Assembly: GCA_025612245.1 (NCBI GenBank)
Contig: JAAXKQ010000005.1
Coordinates: 70,009 to 134,008, forward strand
Length of the DNA: 64,000 nt
Source: Ignavibacteria bacterium
GTDB taxonomy: Bacteria; Bacteroidota; Ignavibacteria; Ignavibacteriales; SURF-24
Direction of reading: 5' to 3'
The position numbers and the translations under genes were made by a program. This document shows, one piece after another, positions 44,738 through 54,297 of the stretch. Position 1 is the stretch's first letter. The number at the start of each line of letters is the position of its first letter. The notes beneath the pieces are model-generated. The model made no database searches and was not told where the DNA came from. It saw only the letters and a list, made by a program, of their open reading frames with translations.

Positions 44738-45346
44738 TTATTTGCGCCTTCTGTCCAGATAAATAATTCCGTTCAGGTGATCTATCTCATGCTGAAATAT
44801 CACGGCAGTAAAGCCTTCAACCATTTCCAGGTTATGTGACTTATCCGGCCTATCATATTCAAGAAGTATTGCGAAAGAGCGCGTCCTGGTGGTATCTTTC
44901 ATCCCGGGCACGGAAAGGCAGCCCTCGACCCATTGAATCTTCTGTTTTGTATACTGTTTAATCCTGGGGTTAAAATAGACTTCAAAAGGGTAACCGGGTT
45001 TGTCGTAGCGCTGGACCCAGATTATGTTTTTCAGTATACCAACCTGTGGAGCCGCGATGCCGACTCCGGCGTTAAGGCTATCGTTAACCGTGGCATACAT
45101 CCTTTTAACCAGGTTTTGCAGTGCCGCGTCATTTGTTCCGGCAATGACGTCCTGGCTTTTGGACCTTAAAAGGAGTGAATCTTTCCTGTTGAATATGCTG
45201 AGCACACGCATTACAGTTGAGGAATCGGCCGACATGATTAAGTTTTTCTGTTCGTCTGAGAACTGGCTTTCTTTATTGACATTTCCGGCGCCGGCGCAAC
45301 CGGAAATAAATAAAATGCATGTAAAGAGAATAAATAGTTTTTTCAT
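44738..45346 (-). CDS. def: Peptide deformylase homologue with lipoprotein signal peptide
   Basis: 202 aa. All three PDF motifs are present: GIAAPQVG, EGCLSVPG and QHEIDHLNG. The N-terminus MKKLFILFTCILFISGCAG has a lipobox (ISG-C). Confidence 0.8.
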   Translation of the reverse strand: MKKLFILFTCILFISGCAGAGNVNKESQFSDEQKNLIMSADSSTVMRVLSIFNRKDSLLLRSKSQDVIAGTNDAALQNLVKRMYATVNDSLNAGVGIAAPQVGILKNIIWVQRYDKPGYPFEVYFNPRIKQYTKQKIQWVEGCLSVPGMKDTTRTRSFAILLEYDRPDKSHNLEMVEGFTAVIFQHEIDHLNGIIYLDRRRK

Positions 45347-45451
45347 GCTCCAAAAATGCAGGAATTTTTCTATAATTCAAACAATAATGAAGATGAAATT
45401 GGTGATTTTACCTGGCCAGTCTACAAGTGTAATTCATTATGGAAAGATTAA

Positions 45452-45478
45452 AGCCTTAAGAGTGCCTTTCTTAAGGCT
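45452..45478 (-). terminator. Probable terminator of the MFS gene
   Basis: 9-bp stem AGCCTTAAG (45452-45460) / CTTAAGGCT (45470-45478). On the minus strand it is followed by TTAATCTTTCC. Confidence 0.5.
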
Positions 45479-45527
45479 AAAAACTATGGAATAAAAAGCA
45501 GAGCCCGGTATAGAACTCCGGGAGCGC

Positions 45528-46811
45528 TTATTCTGTCTGCCCGAGCGGCAAGGACTCAGAAGCCCTTAATTTTTGTGAAAGCGCAGGATCAGTACCGGTA
45601 GGCTTTTTAATCCAGCGGCGGAAGAATACGGCTATAAACAAAATTAACATGCATACGGCACAAAGCGCGAAAATAAAGACCGTCCAGCCGAACTGGTGCA
45701 TGATGACTCCTGAACTTGTACCAAGGAGGCTTGACCCGGCGTAATAAAACAGGAAGAAAAGTGAAATGGAAACGGGCCTTGCCGTAAAAGAATGCTGGGC
45801 TACAATTTTACTTGCTGTAGTGTGAGTTCCGAAAAAGCTGGCCGTAAAGATTCCGAGTCCCAGCATGACAAGTATAAGATTTTGTGCAAGCATGAGCAGG
45901 AGTCCCAAGAGAAGGAAAGCTACAATTGCAGGCATCACTTTCTGTGAGCTGAATTTATCGGTCAAAGCTCCGGCAGTTATGGACCCGGCAGAGCCGGCAA
46001 GGTACATGAGGTAAAGAGCCGCAAGTATTTCGTGCGGCAGAAAGAACGGTGCGGACTGCATTCTGAAAGCAAGATAATTATAGATGCTGACGAAGCTTCC
46101 GAGGTTAAGTCCTGCAAGAATGTACATCGACAGCAGCAGCGGATTACGCAAATGTGTACCCATTGCCTTAAGGTTTTTAATGGCGTCGGTCCTATAGGGC
46201 TTAAAGTGTTTTGAGGAGGGCACTTCCATTGTAAAAAGGAGCCCGAAAATAAAGCACAATATTCCAATTATGCCGGCAGCCCACCTCCATGAAAGCCATC
46301 CTGTAATTAGCGTTGCAATTATTCGCCCGCTCATGCCGCCAATGGCATTGCCGGTTATATAAAGACTTGTTGCTTTACCCAGAGCCGAAGGGTGAATTTC
46401 CTCTGCAATATAAGTCATTGCAACAGAAGCGGAGCCGGAAAGGAAAAAGCCTTTCAGCATATTGATGCAAATGAGCACGGGAAAGAGGGTCACAAAAGAA
46501 GATAAAACCGTAAGGACGGATGAGCAAACGAGTGCAAGTCCAATTAGGTGCTTGCGCGAAAGTCTGTCTGCAAACAGTGCTCCTGCAAACAACCCGGCTG
46601 CAATGCCGATTGTAGAAAATGAAACCGTAAGGCTGCTTTCAGCAGGGTTGATTGAAAATTCCCGGCCTATTGAGGGAAGTATGGGCTGAAACAGGTAGAG
46701 CTGCATGAAACAGGAAAGTCCTGAAAGGAATATTCCTCTGGCGATCTTATTAAATTCTTTGCTATCTCTTTTTACTCTGTTGTCTTTAGGGGTATCAGAA
46801 TCCTTAATCAT
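45528..46811 (-). CDS. MFS transporter
   Basis: About 12 TM helices with an ADRLSRKH-type loop motif between TM2 and TM3. The start is ambiguous: ATG at 46811 or 46871. Confidence 0.75.
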   Translation of the reverse strand: MIKDSDTPKDNRVKRDSKEFNKIARGIFLSGLSCFMQLYLFQPILPSIGREFSINPAESSLTVSFSTIGIAAGLFAGALFADRLSRKHLIGLALVCSSVLTVLSSFVTLFPVLICINMLKGFFLSGSASVAMTYIAEEIHPSALGKATSLYITGNAIGGMSGRIIATLITGWLSWRWAAGIIGILCFIFGLLFTMEVPSSKHFKPYRTDAIKNLKAMGTHLRNPLLLSMYILAGLNLGSFVSIYNYLAFRMQSAPFFLPHEILAALYLMYLAGSAGSITAGALTDKFSSQKVMPAIVAFLLLGLLLMLAQNLILVMLGLGIFTASFFGTHTTASKIVAQHSFTARPVSISLFFLFYYAGSSLLGTSSGVIMHQFGWTVFIFALCAVCMLILFIAVFFRRWIKKPTGTDPALSQKLRASESLPLGQTE

Positions 46812-47066
46812 CAAAACTAACTTACTTTTCTTAAAAACCAAAAATACAATTTTAAGCAGCAGGTCATGCACACTTAAATAATTTGAATTACAAACCTACG
46901 TTATTTTTGCCAAAATGACAATCCAATGTTACGGTATAAGCCCTTTATGGGATAGAAAATCCTAATATGTGACATATAAATTTTCCGGTTGTTGGGGCTG
47001 AAGTGCATCCCCGGAGCTTACATGGGCTCCGGGGATGCACTTCTGTAAGTTTCCGGATAGGGAAGT

Positions 47067-49751
47067 TTATTTAAGGATTATCATTTTTTTAATTTGCCTG
47101 AATTCTTTTGTGCCATCATCTGCCCTGGCTTCAAATATGTAGAAATATGCTCCGGATGCGATGCCTTTTGCATCGAAACTTATCTCGTGAGCGCCGGAGG
47201 CCTGGTTCTTAAATACGAATTCCTTTAATATTTTCCCGAGCGGGTTATATACGGCAAGCCTGACTGAGCTTTCCAGGGGAAGATTATACCTGATCAAGGT
47301 AACAGGATTAAAGGGGTTCGGGTAGTTTTGAAAGAGAAAATACTCAGTGGGGCCCGTTCTTGCGCTTTCGGTATAAGTCAGTATAATTGAAGCCGTGTCG
47401 CTGTAAGAGGAGACGGCAAACTGATTGAATGATTTTATCCGGTAGTGATAGTAATCGGGCTGCACTGCAGTAGAATCGAGGTAAGTGACAGCATTGGCCT
47501 TTACAGTATCCAAAGCGGAGAAGTTTTCAGAAAGCATTCTTTCAATTATAAAGCCAGTTTCGTTGCTGGAATTATCCTTCCAGGTAATCTTAATTCCTTT
47601 TGTCATTGCTGAAAGACTTAAGCTGTCGGGCCTGTTTAGAACGGTGGTAAAGTTCCACACTTCCGACCATGGGCTTACTCCCACGCCGTTTCCGGCACGA
47701 AGTCTCCAGAAGTAAATCCGGCCTTCGTTGAGTTCAGTAATGTCTTTCGTCAATAAAGTAATAGCCGAGTCTTCGAGTGCAACATCCTTAAACAAGCTGT
47801 CCTTTGAAAGCTGCAGATGGTACCATTCGGCATTCTCAGCCTTTTGCCATGAGAGCCTTATCAGGCTTAAAGGCTGGTTCTTTGAGTTATTTTCTACTGA
47901 AAGAAGTTTCGGTACAGACGGAAGAAGAAGGGGGGCAATTTCTGAAATTGCGGCGCGCCACAATGTAGTTTCACTTGCGGCAAAAAGATACTCTCCGTTT
48001 TTTTCGATCCATATAATGTTTTTTTGCGGCAAATTTGAACCTGCTTGCTGCCAGCTTAAGCCGTTGTCTGTGGAAACGTAGACTCCGTTGCCGTAAGTGC
48101 CGGCAAAAACAATGCTGCTTGCCCAAAAAGCAAAAGAAGTAGCCTGCTTTCCCGCCAGCTCACCCGTTACAGATGTCCAGCTGCTGCCTTTATCAGTTGA
48201 CCTGAAGGCCCCATCTCTTAGTGTAGCTATGAAGGCCACATTGTCTTTGGCTTTAATCCTTGTCACCTCTTTTCCTTCCAGTCCGCTATTTGTCAGGTGC
48301 CAGACTTTGCCGTCATCAGTAGAGAGATAGACCCTTCCTTGGGCAACGGCAAAAATGTCACTTCCGTTTGATGCCATTGAAACGGTTGCCGGGAAATCCG
48401 AGGTTTCAAAGGCAACTTTTTGCCAGGAACTTCCATTGTTAGTGGAATAGTATAGCTTTCCCGGGAAACCGGGAGAAGCGTATGTTGCAGCAAACATTTT
48501 ATCCTTGTGTGCGTGAATTGCGCTAATTCCTTCGCTGAAGCGGTCAATTCCATTGTTAGCCGTTTCCCAGCTCAAGCCGTTGTCAGTTGACCTGAGTATG
48601 CCGTCCTGTCCGGCTGCCACATAAATATTTTTTGAATCAAAGGCTATATCGCCAAAGTAGTACTGGTTGAATCCGGGAACATTCAGGAATTTCCAGTTCA
48701 TGAGGCTGGCTTCTGCAAAGTATATTCCGCAGTAGCTTGTGCCAATAAAAATGCTGTCACCCCTGGATGCCGTAGAAGAGATCCAAAAGCCGCTTAGACC
48801 ATCGTTTGATTTTGACCATGTAGATCCCCCGTCAGTAGAAAGGAAGACTCCCAGGCCGTATGTCCCGGCATAGATGTTACTTCCGGAACTGGCCATGCTG
48901 TTTACCGCAATTTTCTCCGGCAGCCCTTTATTTGCAGACTGCCAGGCTGAAGCGTTATTAGTCCATTTAAAGACTCCTTCTGAGCCCGTTGCTGCAAGCA
49001 CTATATTATCAAAAGAAATGATGCTGTTAAAATACGGCTGAGACGTCAGCCCGTTATTTTCTCCGTTCCATGTCAAGCCGCTGTCGGCAGAAATATAAAT
49101 GCCGTAACCATTTATGGCGGCAAAAAGAATGCTTCCGTTAATTGCGACTTTAGCGGTAGCTTTTTCGGGTAATCCGTTCGTACTGTGCCTCCAGGTCAGG
49201 CCTTTATCGGGGGAGACATAGATGCCGGATTCAGTTCCCAGTATCAGCAAGCTATCCCTTGCCGCAATTGACAGTACAGGGCTTCCAGGGGAGTCAACCT
49301 CAATTTTTGTCCAGTCCGATCCATCATCCATTGACTGGAAGAGGCCCATATTGCCTCCGGCGAAAATTGTTGTGCCGTTTTCAGCTAAAGCTTCGATGCC
49401 AGTGTAAGTATCCAGCCCGCTGAAATATTTTCCCCAGCTAGAGCCATTATTTGTGGAAATAAAAAGCCCCGCATCTGATTCTCCAAGGAGGATCCTGTCG
49501 CCATGGATGAGGATTGAAGTAATCCAGTTTGAAAGTTGTTCATTGCTAAGGGCGTTCCAGTTTTTGGCTTCGTCAGATGAAAGGAAGAGACCGATGTTAT
49601 TAGAATGGGCAGCCACCGTATTGCCGCTTGCGGCAACCACATTAATTACGCCACTAAAAGGACCGTTAGCGCGGATCCACTGTGCCTTGAGGCCGTTGTG
49701 GAAAGCAGAGGAAAAAAATACGAGAAACAAAAAAAGTAAGGAATGTTTCAT
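47067..49751 (-). CDS. BNR/Asp-box beta-propeller protein with FN3 domains and T9SS sorting domain
   Basis: Start moved to the ATG at 49751 (signal peptide MKHSLLFLFLVFFSSAF). About ten S-x-D-x-G-x-x-W boxes (STDGGSTW, STDNGLSW, STNNGSSW and others). Two FN3-like modules. C-terminus NYPNPFNPVTLIRYNLPLESSVRLAVYNPLGKIL. Confidence 0.85.
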   Translation of the reverse strand: MKHSLLFLFLVFFSSAFHNGLKAQWIRANGPFSGVINVVAASGNTVAAHSNNIGLFLSSDEAKNWNALSNEQLSNWITSILIHGDRILLGESDAGLFISTNNGSSWGKYFSGLDTYTGIEALAENGTTIFAGGNMGLFQSMDDGSDWTKIEVDSPGSPVLSIAARDSLLILGTESGIYVSPDKGLTWRHSTNGLPEKATAKVAINGSILFAAINGYGIYISADSGLTWNGENNGLTSQPYFNSIISFDNIVLAATGSEGVFKWTNNASAWQSANKGLPEKIAVNSMASSGSNIYAGTYGLGVFLSTDGGSTWSKSNDGLSGFWISSTASRGDSIFIGTSYCGIYFAEASLMNWKFLNVPGFNQYYFGDIAFDSKNIYVAAGQDGILRSTDNGLSWETANNGIDRFSEGISAIHAHKDKMFAATYASPGFPGKLYYSTNNGSSWQKVAFETSDFPATVSMASNGSDIFAVAQGRVYLSTDDGKVWHLTNSGLEGKEVTRIKAKDNVAFIATLRDGAFRSTDKGSSWTSVTGELAGKQATSFAFWASSIVFAGTYGNGVYVSTDNGLSWQQAGSNLPQKNIIWIEKNGEYLFAASETTLWRAAISEIAPLLLPSVPKLLSVENNSKNQPLSLIRLSWQKAENAEWYHLQLSKDSLFKDVALEDSAITLLTKDITELNEGRIYFWRLRAGNGVGVSPWSEVWNFTTVLNRPDSLSLSAMTKGIKITWKDNSSNETGFIIERMLSENFSALDTVKANAVTYLDSTAVQPDYYHYRIKSFNQFAVSSYSDTASIILTYTESARTGPTEYFLFQNYPNPFNPVTLIRYNLPLESSVRLAVYNPLGKILKEFVFKNQASGAHEISFDAKGIASGAYFYIFEARADDGTKEFRQIKKMIILK

Positions 49752-49893
49752 GATTCCCTCCATTTATTTATGCCTGATGCACAATGCCTTATTTTTGTGC
49801 CAAAGTAAATGGAGAAATTCAGTGGCGCAGGAAATGAGGACCGAATGTTCAGGCAAACTAAGCCGTCTCCGGCAATACCGGGGGCTTAGGATG

Positions 49894-50772
49894 CTATGGA
49901 ATGGTTTTACCGTTAATGCCTGTCTTACCGAAAATTTCCAGGTAATTTGAATACCCTTCCTCTCTTGCAAGCCGGGTAAGGGCTATATGGGCGGCAAAGT
50001 AAAATGGAATTGCCCATCCGAATCTGAAGGCAGGAGTATTAAAGAAACCGGCAAAGAGAAGCAAAGCCATATCCCTGCAGAAATCGTATTGAAAGTGCAG
50101 CCATCCGGCAAGCGCGATACTCCTGGTTTTATGCCAGGCGTAGCCAAACAAAGCGCTCATGAAGATGTTGGAAACGGACAGCTGAACTGCGAAGGTTGTT
50201 CCAAGCAGGAGAAGCTGAAGCAATGAAATTTTTCCATTGAGGAATTTAAAACTTATCGGGATAACAAGCAGGGGCAGGTGCCACAGCCCTCTTAAGATGC
50301 CGGAGGCAACAACTGCCCTACTCGTCCCGATTTTTTCTGAGAGCTCTGTCAATATGAAGCCTGTCCATCCATATTCTTCACCTATTCCGGCAAACCATCC
50401 AATCATTAAGTAGGAGAGAATAAAGACCAGGTCATAACTGTCAATGGACAAATTTAAATGCATGAACTTATCGAACTGTAGCCATATGATGGCAGGAACG
50501 AACCATATCAGAAAGAAGAAATAAAGCCCATAGCGGTAGTACTTATTTAACTTCCAGTCCATTTTTAACAGAGTCTTTCTGCTTGAGCACTTCAGCACAA
50601 AGATGCCCGCCAGTAAAGGTCCCATCATTGCAGCTGCGTGCCCATAAAAAGCAATTAGCTTTGCAATGCCGGCATTGTGCTGACGGGGAATGAGGAATCC
50701 GTCGACAGCAATAAATATGGACCATGAAAATGCAATAGTTAACAAGTAGTAAAAAGTAAGCCTGGTTTTCAT
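49894..50772 (-). CDS. CPBP-family intramembrane protease-like protein
   Basis: 292 aa, polytopic. GIGEEYGWTGF (EE motif), LRGLWHLP and WLHFQYDF. The Arg of the EExxxR motif is not present. Confidence 0.55.
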   Translation of the reverse strand: MKTRLTFYYLLTIAFSWSIFIAVDGFLIPRQHNAGIAKLIAFYGHAAAMMGPLLAGIFVLKCSSRKTLLKMDWKLNKYYRYGLYFFFLIWFVPAIIWLQFDKFMHLNLSIDSYDLVFILSYLMIGWFAGIGEEYGWTGFILTELSEKIGTSRAVVASGILRGLWHLPLLVIPISFKFLNGKISLLQLLLLGTTFAVQLSVSNIFMSALFGYAWHKTRSIALAGWLHFQYDFCRDMALLLFAGFFNTPAFRFGWAIPFYFAAHIALTRLAREEGYSNYLEIFGKTGINGKTIP

Positions 50773-51044
50773 ACCGATTCCTTTGCCGCATGGAAAAGTC
50801 AGACAATTTCAGGAATTAAAATACGAAAGATAACCAGAATTATAAAGAATCCCGGTTTGAACTGACGAATTCGCTTTCGGCTGGTTTGCGCTTTCAAGTT
50901 AAACAATCGCACAGGAGGGCTTGCAGTAAGAAGTAACGGAACACTGATTGAAGCATTCGGATAATCAGCAGAGCAAAGCCGGATAAAAAATGCCGCACGC
51001 CACTTTTAAGCATAAAAGGTCGCTATATTAGGAACAAAGAAGTA

Positions 51045-51085
51045 GAAAAAATGAAAGCCCGGGAAACTAACATTCCCGGACTTTC
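51045..51085 (-). terminator. Rho-independent terminator ending the inositol operon
   Basis: On the minus strand: GAAAGTCCGGGA-loop-TCCCGGGCTTTC (51085-51053, one mismatch), followed by ATTTTTTC (51052-51045). Confidence 0.7.
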
Positions 51086-51184
51086 TGTCGTCGTCGTGGA
51101 GAGTGCAGGGGAGAACTGCTGAATAAAATATACTGTGTAATTATATTCCATAGAAGAACCCGCCTGCCGGAATAGACTGTCCAA

Positions 51185-52495
51185 TTAGCTCAAAGCCTCT
51201 TCCAGGTGAGTAACAGGCTCTTCATTCATGATTTTTCTGAGTGTATTCTTAAATTTCATCTGCTGAATGAAAAGGTCGTGTTCAGGAACTGTACCCGCAG
51301 AGTGCATAGGGCTCTTGAAATAAAACGAGAGCCAGTCCTGAATTCCCTTAAAGCCGCAGCGCTGTGCGAGGTCCATCAAAAGGACCAGATCCAGCACTAT
51401 TGGTGCAGCCAGGATTGAATCGCGGCAGAGGAAATCTACCTTAAGCTGCATTGGGTAGCCAAGCCATCCGAAGATGTCTATATTATCCCAGCCTTCTTTA
51501 TTATCTCCTCTCGGGGGATAATAGTTAATTCTTACCTTGTGGTAGTACTTCCCGTAAAGGTCAGGATAGAGTTCGGGCTGAAGAATGCCGTCAAGAACTG
51601 AAAGCTTGCTTTCTTCCTTTGTCTTGAATGAATCGGGGTCGTCCAGAACGGCGCCGTCGCGGTTACCGAGTATGTTGGTTGAAAACCATCCCGATAGTCC
51701 AAGCACGCGGGCTTTTAACATCGGGGCAAGCACGGTTTTCATCAGTGTTTGTCCCGTCTTGAAATCCTTACCGGCAATCGGCAGTCCTTTCTGCAGTGCC
51801 AGGTCGGTCAGTGCCTTAATGTCGGTAGTGAGGTTTGGAGCGCCGTTGATGAAGGGGAAGCCTTCCTGCAGTGCGGCGTAAGCATAGATCATGCTTGGAG
51901 AAATGTCGGGGTGATTGGATTTCATTGCCTCTTCAAACATACTGAGGCTTGAGTGAACGCCGTTCATGGTAAGAAATATTTCAGTACTGCCGCACCAGAT
52001 TACAACCAGTCTATCGAGTTTGTTTTCATTCTTGAAATTTCTGATGTCGCTTCGGAGCTGCTCAGCCAGTTCAAATTTGTTTGCAGCTTTTTTCACGTAT
52101 TCACCATTAAGATTAACGACAAAGCGTTTTTCGAATACGCCGGGCATGGGCTGGATTTCCTCGAGTTCTTCCTGGACGAGTTCGAGGTCACTTCTATCCA
52201 GTACGCGGGCTTCCATTGCCGATTCAAAGCAGTTTTCATTTCTGATGTCCCAGCCGCCGAAGACGAGGTCGTTTAGTCCGGCAAGGGGGACAAAGTCCTT
52301 GATGAACGGGAAATTATTCTCGGAGCGGTTCCCCAGCCTTATTGTCCCCATTTGTGTAACCGAGCCGAACGGCTTGCCAAGTCCCTTTCTTACAGAGAGC
52401 ACGCCTGCAATAAACGTAGTGGAGACTGCACCGTTAAGTCCGGCAATAAGGACGCCTAATTTGCCTTTGGGTTTACTGATTTCTGAATTATTCAT
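51185..52495 (-). CDS. ino1: myo-Inositol-1-phosphate synthase
   Basis: 436 aa. GVLIAGLNGAVSTTFIAG (NAD-binding N-terminus), INGAPNLT, GKDFKTGQTLMKTVLAPMLKARVLGLSGWFSTNILGNRDG and SILAAPIVLDL. All are characteristic of bacterial/archaeal MIPS. Confidence 0.9.
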   Translation of the reverse strand: MNNSEISKPKGKLGVLIAGLNGAVSTTFIAGVLSVRKGLGKPFGSVTQMGTIRLGNRSENNFPFIKDFVPLAGLNDLVFGGWDIRNENCFESAMEARVLDRSDLELVQEELEEIQPMPGVFEKRFVVNLNGEYVKKAANKFELAEQLRSDIRNFKNENKLDRLVVIWCGSTEIFLTMNGVHSSLSMFEEAMKSNHPDISPSMIYAYAALQEGFPFINGAPNLTTDIKALTDLALQKGLPIAGKDFKTGQTLMKTVLAPMLKARVLGLSGWFSTNILGNRDGAVLDDPDSFKTKEESKLSVLDGILQPELYPDLYGKYYHKVRINYYPPRGDNKEGWDNIDIFGWLGYPMQLKVDFLCRDSILAAPIVLDLVLLMDLAQRCGFKGIQDWLSFYFKSPMHSAGTVPEHDLFIQQMKFKNTLRKIMNEEPVTHLEEALS

Positions 52496-52548
52496 TTCAA
52501 AACTCCTGTTATGTTTTAAGGTTTAATTCTGTTTAAGTCTATGAAAAA

Positions 52549-53250
52549 TTATTGATAAATGACTATGTTTTTAATTTCAGAAAGTTCACGGACGACATAA
52601 TCTGCCTTTTGTTCTTCATTGTTTTCCTGCCAGCCTTTCAGCTTCAGCCATATCGTCCGGCAGCCCAGCGTATGTGCAGGAAGAATGTCATTGCCGTATG
52701 AATCGCCAATTACAAAAGCATCTTTCGGCTCACAATTTGCCTTGCGAAGGGCAAGGCTAAAAATAGCCGGATCCGGTTTTCTGATCCCGGCAAGCGTTGA
52801 ATCCACAATGAAATCAAAGCAGCAGTCGATGCCGAATTCATTACATATAAGCGATAAGTTCCCGTAGTAATTTGAAACAACTCCCATGGTAAAAAACTTC
52901 CTGAGAGAAGCTAATAGTTCGGTATTCCTTTTAATGTGCTTTTCTACTTCCTGGCGGCATATGTGGGCGAGGTTATATGAAAACCTTACGATGTCATCTA
53001 TGTAGGAAAGCGAGCCGAGCTTTTTCATATATTCAACCTGAAAGGTGATCTTTTTTGCGTATGTCTCCAGAAAATTTAATTTCCTGACATCCGTACGGCT
53101 CATCTGCTGCTCTGAATACTTAAATGCCTCCCTGAAGGCCTCCCTGTCCATGATGATTCCGATAGATGAATATAGGTCCCAGAATTTCTCAAACCAGTGA
53201 ATTCCCCCGGTGTCGATGGTGCCACCGAAATCAAATAGCAATGCTTTCAT
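52549..53250 (-). CDS. HAD-superfamily hydrolase (putative phosphatase)
   Basis: 233 aa. Motif I LLFDFGGTID, motif II VVSN, motif IV VIGDSYGNDI. Confidence 0.7.
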   Translation of the reverse strand: MKALLFDFGGTIDTGGIHWFEKFWDLYSSIGIIMDREAFREAFKYSEQQMSRTDVRKLNFLETYAKKITFQVEYMKKLGSLSYIDDIVRFSYNLAHICRQEVEKHIKRNTELLASLRKFFTMGVVSNYYGNLSLICNEFGIDCCFDFIVDSTLAGIRKPDPAIFSLALRKANCEPKDAFVIGDSYGNDILPAHTLGCRTIWLKLKGWQENNEEQKADYVVRELSEIKNIVIYQ

Positions 53251-54274
53251 CTTTAACTCCGCGTTTTAGGGTTTGAAGAGTTGCCGTAAGACTATCTTTG
53301 CCGATAAACCGGATAAGAACGAGCCCCGTTATGATCCAGAAGAGCTCTCTTATCCTGTTTATGACTGCAATAAAAATTCCTATTCCCGCCGTGATATTTA
53401 TGGACTTCATTATAAACAGCAGACTGCCTTCGCGTATTCCGAGTTCGAGCGGGACGAAAAAGAAAATATTCATGAACAGTGATGAAACGCTGTTAATATA
53501 TATTGCCTGCAGAACCGATGCATCGAGGCCGATGGATCTGAGAATGAAGTAAAACTCAAGCGAAGAGACTATCCGCGCCAAAAATTCAAATGAGAGCGCC
53601 AGGTAAAAAGCCTCTTTCCTTCGGTTATAGAGTTCCTTAATGTTTTCGTCAGCTTCATATATGCTGCGCTCGCGTTTTTCAAAGAACTGAACGAGAGGCT
53701 TTATCCTGAGCTTTTTGACTCCGGAATAAACATATCCTATAAGTCCGTTCTTGTGGCTGCTTATGAAAAGCTGGCTAAATGCAAGTATCAAGGAGAACAA
53801 AATTGCCAAAATCAGCCTGCTGTTCTCTGAGAGCGGCAGTATCAAAAACATGATCAGAATGGTTACAAGCCAGAGAATAAAGTGAGAGAAAAGCTGTACC
53901 ATTTTGCAAAGCACTACCTTTGAGACAGCCGACGGGGTGGAAATATAATTCCTGAGCTTAAATATCCTGAAGGGCTCCCCGCCTACACTGGCAAAGGGGG
54001 TTATGTAATTTATGGCAAATCCGCTGATGGTAATAAGCATGGAATTCCTGAAGCCGACGGAATATCTATCCTTTCCAAGTATAACCCAGAAGGACAGCGA
54101 ATTAAGCAGATAAACTACGGCCCATATGCCAATTATGGGAATCAGCCACCAGCCCGTCCTGGAAAGATTAGTTAATATATTATTTATTCCAAAGTCATGT
54201 ATGAGTCCAAGAAACACTCCAAGGCCTAAGAGAAAGAAAACAAACTTCGAATATTTGGCGGCAGCTTTTAACAT
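53231..54274 (-). CDS. Flippase-like membrane protein (LPG-synthase TM-domain family)
   Basis: 347 aa, about 8 TM helices. GFAINYITPFASVGGEPFRIFKL matches the conserved GGEPxR region of the lysyl-PG-synthase transmembrane/flippase-like domain. Confidence 0.6.
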   Translation of the reverse strand: MLKAAAKYSKFVFFLLGLGVFLGLIHDFGINNILTNLSRTGWWLIPIIGIWAVVYLLNSLSFWVILGKDRYSVGFRNSMLITISGFAINYITPFASVGGEPFRIFKLRNYISTPSAVSKVVLCKMVQLFSHFILWLVTILIMFLILPLSENSRLILAILFSLILAFSQLFISSHKNGLIGYVYSGVKKLRIKPLVQFFEKRERSIYEADENIKELYNRRKEAFYLALSFEFLARIVSSLEFYFILRSIGLDASVLQAIYINSVSSLFMNIFFFVPLELGIREGSLLFIMKSINITAGIGIFIAVINRIRELFWIITGLVLIRFIGKDSLTATLQTLKRGVKDESIAI

Positions 54275-54297
54275 GTTTTATATTAATTCAAAAGTTC

